64,000 nucleotides of DNA from Laetmonice hystrix (lineage: Eukaryota): NCBI GenBank assembly GCA_965235115.1, contig OZ249440.1, positions 35,342,001 to 35,406,000 on the forward strand. The letters are read 5' to 3'. Below are positions 1-10,398 of the stretch, one piece after another (position 1 is the stretch's first letter; the number at the start of each line of letters is the position of its first letter). Under the pieces are notes generated by a model. It was not told the origin of the DNA. It worked only from the letters and a program-made list of their open reading frames with translations, and ran no database searches. The position numbers and the translations under genes were made by a program.

Positions 1-100
1 AGCCCGTTATAGCAGGCTACATTACTTCATTTACATGTACACATTTAACTAGTTCACTTACTTTTAATATTTATTACTTTTGGCTGTATTTGGATTTGGC

Positions 101-3100
101 CTATAGTGTAATTCTTTTCCTGTGTGTTGCGTGGGGTCGGCCGCCACCACCTTCCCTGTCTGGGGCATACTTGAGGTAGCTGGCGGCGTCACGGTACAGC
201 ACCGTCTCAGCAACACTAAAATTGTGTTGCACAGCCTCTGCAAAACAATTAGCAGTTAAGTTAATTGAGAGGCTCATATTATTTGTATTAAAAGGATTAA
301 AACTAAAATCAGCTAAAAAGCCGTATTACTACTATTAAGATTCCTAAAAAACTTTGGATGGACTTCGTTGAGGCCTACACCTGAGTCAAAAGGAGGGGGG
401 AGGACATACTCGGCCCCCTCTCATTTAAAAAAAGGGGGGCATATCCCCCTTTTTCAAACGTCCCTGTTAAGGAAGGGTGTAGGCCGAGGCGGTACAATTC
501 TGCAGGCTGCCAAATAGTGCGTGGATGGTTTTCCCATGTCGTAATGGTATATGGACTTGGAGTGGGAGTGAAGCGCCACCACGACGGCACAACTACAGGG
601 TCATATCCAAAAATACCGTTTTGTGACGGGACGGAATCTGATGATTATGATTTCTTATAAAACATGTCATAAAAAGAGTGATCTTTCTGGATAATATGCA
701 GTAAACCATTAATCTACAGGTGAGATCTCCAGACTAAAACCAAGCTTCTACCATCTTTTGCAGTGTAGCTACGGGGGGAAACATGTCGTGTGATGGGACG
801 GAATGATAAACATGCAACTTTTTCGGCATAAATATTCATCATTAATTTCCATCGCTGTCTTTCATGCATAGATTCTCTTCTATACCATGTAGGTTTGTAC
901 ATGGCATCTGTAACATACAACCACCATAAATAATTTGACAACTTTTTATTTGTTACAGAAAAGATCTCTGGAAAGAAACATGTCGGCTGTGATGGGACGG
1001 AAAGTGACGGGACGGAATTATGTTACAAAACGCATTCTACATTAAACAAGTACAACGTACATTGTAACATGAATTAAATCATTTCTTATGTTTCAGAAAC
1101 TGTAACAAGTAACAAACATGAAGCTAGAATATTTAACCCAAGGTAGTGATGCCCAACGGTTGGCCAAAAAGAGTCAAGGCTTTCAATAGTCCAGCCTACG
1201 TGTGATGGTATCGGCTAGTTTACTGGTAATTGTGTAGTTTCTCGTGCCACGGGGAACTGGGTACTCATGACTTGCGACTTTTCCTAGCACAGCTGCTGGA
1301 TCACACCAACACAGATCTGGTTTTGGAGCTGGCCAGTGAAAGGTGGTCTGAGGCCCACTTGGGTGCATGAAAGACAGCTGAATGTCTTGGTTGTTTTCGG
1401 ACGTGTCCTCAACAGTGGCCAGCCACCACTTTCCATCATACTGAGCAGCAACAAAGTCGCCACAACTAACATCACGAAACGAGCTGACAGGAATCAGGAT
1501 ATCTGTGTCATGTGTACCAGTTGCCATCTCCTGTGGAATCACTTCATTTTCTGTTAGTGAGATTTCTGTTTCTGAGTGAGATCCTGTCTCCTGGTACGTT
1601 TGGATGCAAATGGCTGGTTCTCCTTCATCCTCACTTTGGAATTTACTGTTGCTGTGGAAGGACAGGGTGTGCCCAAGGCGACGTACATGATGGACCTTTC
1701 TTGTTCTGGGTACCTCATAGACATGATCGAGTTCCAGGATTTGAATCTCTGAATGACAAGTGTAGCTTGTATGGATGCCTGCGATGATAGAGTTGGCATG
1801 AGTGGCAAACTGTTCAGCACCATTGATGACAATATGGCCTGCTTTTACAGTTTTGTAGACTTGATTTTTGACCCTTCCCCCAATTCCATCGACCGGACCC
1901 TTTCCGTGATGTGCTTCAAAGTAGTTCCATGTTATTGCAAGGTCTGCAGGATAGTCCATGAGCAACCTGAAGCAGTACTTGCTCTTGAATTGGGCAGCAC
2001 AGCCATCAGACCAGAAATGAATGGTTTGCAAGTTAGGTACTTTCTCTCTGAGCAAGCTGATCAACTTCTGGTTGAGATGGTAAGCAACAAATTTGTTATG
2101 GTTGAGCTCATCTGTGACAAAGCAGAAGTTGTCACACTTTATCTCCCCTGACTGCGTCTTGTACCATGCACAGGCTGTGTACAATGTGAAGCTCTCATAG
2201 CCAAAGTAGGCACTTTGGGTTGCATTGCGTTGTGTGTTGCTGTAATTTTCAGCGAAGTCTACCTGGACTATCGCTGAATTCTCAGGTAGATTGGCTTTTA
2301 GATGTTTCAGCTCCTTGTGCTGTCGAATGAAGTTGTACTGGTGCCGCCTGTAAAGACTGACCTGTGTTTTCAACTCTGATGCTGCCTCCTCTCCAGTAAC
2401 TACCTCCAGCGATTTCACAGGAAATTTGTCACCTCTGACCCATTTGTAGTATGAAATCTCATCTTCATCTTTAAGAGATAACATCAGGTTGTCCATGTAG
2501 TCGTTGTGGCGACAGTTTTCACACTGATCATCAACACACCGCACATCTGTAATGGAGCACATGACGTTTTCCATCAGAACTGAAACTGATGCTGGAACTT
2601 CATCAACCACTTTGCGAATACCATGAAGCAGAAGTTCCAAATTCTCACACAAGTCACATGTGCAGGTATTTTCTGGGATATCTTGCTGATATTTAATGTG
2701 CTTCTGGGTTGTAATGAGTCGCTGCACACTGCCATATGTCGCGCTGAACTGCTCATTCTCTGGAACCTCTTTCTGAATTGCATTGTTCAGGAGTGATAAA
2801 GTTTCCTTGAATGTCCACAACAGATAGTGCCGAGTCTTATAGATTTTACTCCTAGTGTCATCTTTGCCTACATAAACCTGATCCTTGCGCCCAGGACATG
2901 TGTAGGAGATGTCAGGTCGCTCTAGGAAGGAGACAATCCAAGAGGTCTGATCTTTGGAGAACGCTTCTGGCCGACCTCTGTCATCATTAAGCTTGCGACG
3001 AGCCTTTCTGATGACTTCATTTTTCTTGTCTGCTGGGAGGAGGGATACCAGTGCTCCAAGAACAGCAATTTTCTGTGGTGAACGCTTCGGCAATGCTGCT

Positions 3101-6100
3101 TTGGCTCGACTGATGCTGCGACCCAAAGACTGCCTATTATTGAATGCAGACGGGACCACAGAGCTTCCGGGAGCCTCTGCCACAGGAGTAGAAATGGAAG
3201 GGCCTTTTTTCTTTCTTTCTCTGTCTGTTTTCAGATATTTTTGCCAGGCAGCATCATTGTTTTTCAATTTCAGGCGATAGGCAGCTTTTCGCATCTTTTC
3301 CTGCTCACGGAAACGTACAAGATCTCTCTGCTTGCACTTGTCACGATAACGCTTTGATCTTTCTGCAGTAGTGAGTGGAAGGTGAGCCATGTTGCCAACC
3401 TGCACCAAATGAAAGCATGTATATTAAGTCTAGAGTTCAACTCCCCAAATTCCTGAATTTAGCACTATAGGCAGTATTACTGATTTTTACCAGGCCGGGG
3501 GAGTGCAGCCAATGGTTTGCTAGCTGATAAATATATTATAAAAACATAATGAAAATGTTATTTTTATGTTACTGATACCACACTCTTAATGCAATAATAC
3601 TCTAAATGTAATAATAACATAATAACGTTTGACAGGATGTTTTGAAAACTTTTTAAAATTTTATGTAAAATTGTTAGCTGGCACGATAGGCAAGTCATTA
3701 TCCAGCCTGATTTAATTTAATTCCGGAGGGGGGGGGGGGGGGGGCGGCGTAAACTGCAATACCTATTATTAGGGCCAAAGGGAGAATGCAATTATTTCTC
3801 CTCACTACAAGTACAAGCTTTATTTATTTGTATATGTTCGAAAGATAATGTGTGTTTCTTAAGGTGCTTTTTAATTCCAGGCTTAATTCCAATCGCGGTC
3901 ATATTCAGAAAACTATCCAAAGAAAAAGTCAAGGCAGGCAGCCTAGGGGGGCTCCAATTTTTCCAGGGGGGCTTAGGCCCCCCCTCGCCCCCGTGGCTAC
4001 GGGCCTGTTTGTAGGCCTAATAATCATTATGACGTATGAGTGATAATAGGGGAATTTATGACAGTAATAAATTTTTGTAAAGTATAAGAAGCCTGGCTCG
4101 GTAATTGTTATTGTCCAAACTGGCAGAAATGTCAGATCAAGGAAATGTTGCTATGGAGAAATGTCAAAATTACCTGTTCAGCACACACTTGAAGTTGCAC
4201 TCATAGAGCTTTGATCCTGTTCCCGATAACTTCTGAAGGTCACCACTGGTCAATTTGAGAATAATTCACTAGGTGGCAGCACGCGACTATTCTGTCATGA
4301 TGTCATGCATTTCCGTCCCGTCACGCATTTTCCGTCCCGTCACCAAAAAACAATACCCCATCACATTGTCCAAGAATGCTGGAGTCATTTGATCATATGT
4401 GCATACCAACACATTATTAAAAGACTAGAAGGGTATGGGATAATAACAATTTAAATACCTGTTATGAGAATTATATACAACAAATATATGTTGAAAATGT
4501 GACGGGACGGAATTCCGGGAATATGTTGATTTGTCTTCCAACAAATAGCAAGAGTTCAGTCTTTCCAATAGTACTCAGATGAACCTTGTCGCAGACTGTA
4601 TGTGCCAATTATTGATTATCTTTGTGAAATTAGAATTACTATAAGTAAATCAAATTTACATTTTTCCGTCCCGTCACGCAGTCAATCAGTGCACATGTTA
4701 GATGACAAGCTATCCAACCAATATGAAATGATGGAGGAAAGATCAAACATTGGGGCTTAACACCTTAGGGGCCACACTATCATTTATTGTTAAAATTTCC
4801 ACAAGTATCATGGATTTTATTTTTGGTGGTGAGGTTGACTATTTTTGGATCTCACCCTACAACAGTCGACGCGCGAGGCACGGCTAGAACACCAGGCAGC
4901 GATTGTAGGCCACATTGACGAGACCATCCCATCACCGGTAAGCCATTGTAACTTAGTACATTATATGGGCACCCCCAGGCCCTCCTAGCGTCCTGGATGT
5001 GCCTCTGTCTTACTAGATACATGATACATGATGTTGGGGAAGGCTATTAAAGACATTCGGAATCAAGTGTGGGGCATGCATGATCCGTGTTTGTTCTAGA
5101 CTAATGATTGACTGAGTACAACCACAATTTATGATCAGGAAATGAATGAACTTACCGATCACACACCGCCAAAGTTGGGTGCATCCAAGTGCCCTTTTCC
5201 CCTCCAGGCCTTTCATGTTCATGCGTGCCATCAACGCGTTAGTCAGGAGCCTGTAAGAAAACATAAAAAAATGGAATACCGCTATATTGCCAGAGATTTA
5301 TAGCACACTAGGCCTATACGTAATACAAGACTTGCCGGTAATCTTCAAAAAGTAAAATCAGTAGGTAGATTTACCCGAATGATCTGTAAAATTTACAAAC
5401 CTCTTCATGATGTTCTTCAGGTTGTCCTTCGCATCTGCGCCCCCAATGCGCTTTAACCTGGCAACCTAAGTGATAAACAAAGGTTTTCTAAGTGTAAATA
5501 AAACAATTAACGAAACATGAGTAACAGTTGCTTGCCAATGGTGGACAGACCAAACCAAGAAGATTAGCAACATATTATTTTTGCAATGTTGTTAAGGGAG
5601 ATCTTCTTTAAAGAGGTACATATTAGTGTGACCGCCGGGGAGGACAGGGATTTGGAGGAAAACGATAAATATGTTAACGTGTTCTATTATAGTTGGTGAT
5701 AACAGGGAGGTCTTCGCTTGGGTCCCGGTGAACACCCTGCCGTTCTATTGCTCCATGCACCTACTGGCCAGTTTAAAGAAAAATAAAAGGTAAATGGGAG
5801 GGACTGAGTGACATCGTCTACAGCTCTTTCCATAGCAAGTACTCAACATTAGGGTAAGATCAAAATGACGTGGCTTTATTGCCTGAGCCTGAGGGTATAC
5901 ACCAACTGATATCAACACACGGGCCAGCGGCAGCGTATACCTTCAGTAGTTCTACCTGACTGAGCGCTAAATGTACTCTCCGGCACTGCGTGGTGCGAAT
6001 TAAATAAATAGCTAGGCCTACTATGCTATAATATATATCGCACAACGGATCTCTATCTGTCATAACTGCCTATAACTGTATAAGGGTGTCTATCTATGTA

Positions 6101-9100
6101 GGCTACACCGGTTTTTGCCTCACGGGTGTCCCGTGTGGAACTCTTTTTCCATGTGCCCGGGTAATAATACCCGGGTGGGGGTATAGGCTATAGATATCGG
6201 TCAGCACTGCCCCCCCCCCCCCCCCCGTCCGGGTAGCCTATTGAAAGGGAACTCCCCACACGGGTCACTACATGGGGCCTGCATACGGGCACCCGTGAGG
6301 CCAAAACCCGTGCAGGCCTACATGGAAGACACCCTTACACTAGAGTAAGACGGGGAGGGGTTTACAGCTGGAGATATACACCAACCGGCGAGTCATAACC
6401 GAAACAAAACAAAACAAAAAACAAAAACAAAAAATCAAGAAACGCCTAATGAACACATTTGAACTGATATCGTGGTATGGCGGATTATCCTAAACGCCAG
6501 TTTAAGAATCGCCAAACTAGCCCAAAATGAAAAAACGCCAGATTTTAATCACACCATAATAGAGTGATTTACAGTAATGCACATTCAGTGAGGGGCTACT
6601 CCTGACCGCTAGTCTGTCTGGGCGTGGATACCTCAGACAGGCTGTCTGGGCGTGGATACCTCAGACAGGCTGTCTGGGCGTGGATACCTCAGACAGGCTG
6701 TCTGGGCGTGGATACCTGGCCTAACGTCAAGTCGATGCCAGCTACGTGATCAGTCAACACTAACACAACAACAGGTATCTATTTTTCTTGCAAAACAGTC
6801 AGTATTATCTAATGAGTCATAATGATGACTAACAACAGTAGGCCCATGCAAGTACTCATTGAATTATTGTACTAAAAATGGTAAAAGCCGACGGACCCTC
6901 ACCGTCTCATCAGTAATCATACTAACTAAGAAAAGACCATTAAAATAATGACAAGCAAATTAGGCCTACCAAACGATTTTTCTCTTCAGAAATGCATATG
7001 ACACTTTCCATCTCAGTCAGGTCCTCTAACGATTCCATCTGCTTCAGATGGAATGGCGAATCTTGCTTTTCATATTTGTTTGCTAGCTGATCGATTTTTT
7101 TATTAAGTCTCGCAAACATGAAGAAGACTTTTTTCTGAAATGCTGAATGGAAAATTTGCGGAGCAATGTAGTTGAAATTATGTACATGTATATTTTAGAC
7201 ATTAAAGCATAATAATAGTCAGTGCTGTGTGACAGTGACAGTCATCTTTTCTAAAAGTTAAAAAATACCCATAGATTTGCAATGCTTCCCGTGCTGGTAA
7301 AAGGAAATGACAGCTACCAGTAACAGGGGCAGACCTGTCTTAGGGCGCCGTATAGGCGCACTGCAAAATGATAATCAGCTGGGTGGGGCGTGGAGGCGGG
7401 GGGGGGGGGGCGCTTAAGCCCCTAAAACCTCTCCCTGGATCCGCCACTGAGTAATCATTTAGTAAGAAGAGCAACTTACCTGCATCAGTCATGGGGAAGG
7501 CCGTGGTTTCCGGACGGTCACCACCACCTTGCTGAGAATGAGATGTGTGTGAGTCTGGGATAGATACCCGATGATGGAGCTCACGTGGTGGGGATGGTGG
7601 TGAGGGTGATCGACTGCGTGACTGCGAGGGTGGTTGTGGTGGTGAGGGTGGAGGTTGCCAACGTGGCCTTGAGATTGACAGTGCCTCATGTAGGCCTACT
7701 GTGGGAGGCCTTGGGACGGTTCTTGCTGTGAAGAAACCCCCAAGATAAGTTAAATTGTTGTTCCTGATTTTACATTGCTTCAAGAAAAGAAAGACCTAAG
7801 TTAAAATAGGAATGATTAATACCACGAGGAAACACATATATATCGGGTGGTCAAAAAAAACCCTGGAACTCACGTGGTGGGGATGGCGGTAAGGATGATC
7901 GACTGCGTGACTGGGAGTGCGAGGGTGGTTGTGGTGGTGAGGGTGGAGGTTGCCAACGTGGCCTTGAGGTGGCCTGTAGGCCTACTGTGGGAGGCCTTGG
8001 GACGGTTCTTGCTATGAAGAAACCCCCAAGATAAGTTAAATTATTTTACATTTCTTCAAAAAAGAAAGAAAGACCTAAGTTAAATTAGGAATGTGTAATC
8101 TGTAATGCCATGAGGAAACACACATATATATATATCAGGTGGTCCCCCCAAAAAACTGGAACACTTTCTTGACTAATAGCGAAATTTTTAAAACTGCATG
8201 TCAAAAATTGAAATGCCGGACCAGGGTAGTTTTATAACGTGGTGTTGCACGTCTTAGACTGCTATAGGCAGGGTTGGTTCCACTGTGCCTGAACCCCCCC
8301 CCCCCCCCCCCCCGTCCAGAGCACCTGCATCCCTGCCAGTAATGTTGATTTCCTCAAGTTAACTTATTTAAAATTCGAAATTTAATACAACACTTGAAAT
8401 ACACAGACGATTTTACGTCATAATAAAATAAAGTAGAAATACCTACCACGCATTTGGCACTCATCACTGTCAGATTCAAGGGATCCTGAAAAGGCAAAAT
8501 TTTAATATTACCAATGAAATATTTCTAAGGAAAATGTGTGTATGTGATGTTATAATAGTAATATACGTGTACTAAATTACACTTGGTATGTGACAGTGCA
8601 GTGAAATATCAGTGTCCAAAGTGCACTCAATTACATTGCTTAAGCGGTATTTTTCCTTGTATGACAGTTATAAATCCTAGTTATATGACTCTTCCAAATA
8701 TGGTGGTAATGAAAAATGTTCACCTGTCATGCAGTCATTATATGTTCGCTTCCTTCTCTGTCGTTTTTTTTCTCTGTCTTCATCTGTCTCCTCTGACTCG
8801 GTAATTTCGATACATTCACACTCCTCACGGTGATCTAAAAATTCATTCAAATACGTAGCAAATCGGTTAAATCCTTTAAATAAAACCTTGTAGTCTTTCG
8901 TGACACTTTATCTCCACTTAGTAGAAAAAGGACAGGAAGAAGGGTAAAATATAATACCCAGCATACTCACCAGATGTTAATTTCACCCTGACAAGGTCAA
9001 AACTATGCCACTTGTCCTTGGGGCTGCAGTTTTCTTCAAGATATTTTTCCGCATTGGCTGATTTTGGCCACCTGACCTGATCCCTTTCAATCCATCTTGA

Positions 9101-9157
9101 AGGGATTGTCCCTTCATATGGTACGCCATTTTCCTTCCAAATGGCCCTGGCCCACAT
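101..9157 (-). CDS. Spliced DUF4806-like accessory protein of an EnSpm/CACTA-type transposon, 8 exons, 350 aa
   Basis: Hand-assembled exons 9157-8971, 8834-8724, 8485-8447, 7725-7480, 7142-6970, 5465-5401, 5250-5156, 237-101. All introns are GT-AG with compatible phases; total 1053 nt, open to TAG at 103-101. Reads MWARAIWKENG...TIPSRW...FPMTDAAFQKKV...RIGG...MNMKG...LKYAPDREGGGG, motifs I recognise from DUF4806-type proteins found next to animal EnSpm transposases. Confidence 0.8.
598..4857 (-). mobile_element. Complete Sola2-type DNA transposon (4260 bp)
   Basis: TIRs GGGTCATATCCAAAAATA (598) and TATTTTTGGATCTCACCC (4857), 16/18 match. Perfect 4-bp TSD TACA at 594-597 and 4858-4861. GRG...CYC termini with a 4-bp TSD fit Sola2. 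Encloses a transposase ORF. Confidence 0.85.
1183..3390 (-). CDS. Sola2-type DDD transposase (~735 aa)
   Basis: Uninterrupted ORF with Cys cluster CTCDLC...C..C and motifs VQVDFAENY, WSDGCAAQFKS, FEAHHGKGPVDGIGG, plus a C-terminal small beta-barrel-like segment (GDFVAAQYDGKWWLATV). First ATG at 3390, just after a splice acceptor near 3400. Confidence 0.85.
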   Translation of the reverse strand: MAHLPLTTAERSKRYRDKCKQRDLVRFREQEKMRKAAYRLKLKNNDAAWQKYLKTDRERKKKGPSISTPVAEAPGSSVVPSAFNNRQSLGRSISRAKAALPKRSPQKIAVLGALVSLLPADKKNEVIRKARRKLNDDRGRPEAFSKDQTSWIVSFLERPDISYTCPGRKDQVYVGKDDTRSKIYKTRHYLLWTFKETLSLLNNAIQKEVPENEQFSATYGSVQRLITTQKHIKYQQDIPENTCTCDLCENLELLLHGIRKVVDEVPASVSVLMENVMCSITDVRCVDDQCENCRHNDYMDNLMLSLKDEDEISYYKWVRGDKFPVKSLEVVTGEEAASELKTQVSLYRRHQYNFIRQHKELKHLKANLPENSAIVQVDFAENYSNTQRNATQSAYFGYESFTLYTACAWYKTQSGEIKCDNFCFVTDELNHNKFVAYHLNQKLISLLREKVPNLQTIHFWSDGCAAQFKSKYCFRLLMDYPADLAITWNYFEAHHGKGPVDGIGGRVKNQVYKTVKAGHIVINGAEQFATHANSIIAGIHTSYTCHSEIQILELDHVYEVPRTRKVHHVRRLGHTLSFHSNSKFQSEDEGEPAICIQTYQETGSHSETEISLTENEVIPQEMATGTHDTDILIPVSSFRDVSCGDFVAAQYDGKWWLATVEDTSENNQDIQLSFMHPSGPQTTFHWPAPKPDLCWCDPAAVLGKVASHEYPVPRGTRNYTITSKLADTITRRLDY
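6083..6335. mobile_element. MITE with ~55-bp imperfect TIRs (Harbinger-like or TA-targeting)
   Basis: AGGGTGTCTATCTATGTAGGC...CCTCACGGGTG is mirrored by CACCCGTGAGG...GCCTACATGGAAGACACCCT; TA on both sides. Confidence 0.6.
6614..6717. repeat. 28-bp minisatellite, 3.7 copies, each unit self-complementary
   Basis: Unit CTGTCTGGGCGTGGATACCTCAGACAGG at 6614, 6642, 6670 and 6698 (partial). Confidence 0.95.
7324..7449. mobile_element. CAG...CTG MITE with 5-bp TSD
   Basis: AGTAA|CAGGGGCAGA...TCCGCCACTG|AGTAA. Confidence 0.7.
7580..8162. repeat. ~290-bp tandem duplication containing the 5' half of a Pro/Ser-rich exon
   Basis: 7580-7869 and 7869-8162 are diverged direct copies, both with the acceptor and ARTVPRPPTVGL coding sequence. 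Confidence 0.85.
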
Positions 9158-9495
9158 TTTAAGTTAACCTGAAAATAATATGAATATCTGAGCAAAATGG
9201 TGTAGTAACACACAATAGTTGACCAAACTTTCAAAGTACATAGCAATATTACAGCACCCCCTGACTGTCATCTACATGTATTAAGAAACATCAAAGTATA
9301 ATAATAATAATAAATAACAATATAGTATCATTATATTCATAGTTGGCTTATAATTAATTAAAAATGGGGTACATTAGACGCATGTACAATGAGGGTTTCC
9401 AGTCAAATCCGCATGGCGGCAGCACTGTGCAGGTCGGGCACAAGTTTAGATAGGACGACGAAATGCTAATGTGCTGTAGGATGACCTAGCCTTAT

Positions 9496-9852
9496 CACTG
9501 GGGGGATCGGGGGGGGGGGGCAAGGGGCCAGGGCCCCCCTTAAATTTTCCTTTCCCAACCTTTTTTTTAGAAGATACATTATTCGGACCCTGAAACTAGG
9601 ATTCCAACAAAATTCTTTTTAAAAAAGCCTCCTATATTGTACGTGATAGTAACATTGGGCCCAAAATTAGGGCCTCCTCAGTCATCCAGGAGCAACATAG
9701 GCCTAACTCTGGGCCATGCAGCATTGAAATAGACCAAAGGGGGCCCAAAATGGCCATAATCACAATAAAATCATGCCGGTGTAGCGAGAGCCAGGCTAAT
9801 TTTTTTTTTAGGTGGGCCCTCCCCCCCTTATCAAAATCCTGATCCCCCACTG
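9496..9852. mobile_element. CA(C/G)TG...CACTG MITE with 5-bp TSD
   Basis: CTTAT|CACTGGGGGGATC...GATCCCCCACTG|CTTAT. Confidence 0.75.
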
Positions 9853-10398
9853 CTTATCATTACTAAATAATAATAACACATATGGACTGAAGTGAATGAA
9901 AGCTAAAAATTGTCATACCTTTTCAGAATCAATGTCGTAACCAGCCATAGATTAACAGGGATCAGACTATCTAATTATATGCTAAAATGTCTCCTCCTGA
10001 ACCGCTTGCACAGTGCTGCCGCCATGCGGAAAAGGCGGCGACAAGGTACCTCATTATATTCTATAATGTTTTTTTACATAAATTACTATATACCTATAAT
10101 ATTAGCAAAGGCAGGCATCACACTGTCGTTGGTAAGCTTTCGTCTTTCCTTATAGTACATGTGTAGTTCTTTGACACGTAATTTAGAACTTAATAGATGT
10201 ACAATACATAGGTGACACAAACAGTACTGCATGACAGTAGGCTGAGTAGCTGACAGCAATCTTGGATCAATCTGGGTAATCAATTTAAATAATGGCTCTT
10301 GAATCCCCATGAAACATAAGGTTTTGTGTCTGCCAGAAAGGTGATGTAGTCAGCCACTTATCACGGACCCACTGTCTTTCCCCCACCACATAATTAAA

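Noticed and set aside
375..5010. GC-richer sequence on both sides of the Sola2 insertion as a disrupted exon
   Set aside because: The rejoined empty site gives no long or recognisable reading frame in the plus-strand frames I translated, and the minus-strand ORF at 375-590 has no recognisable motif.
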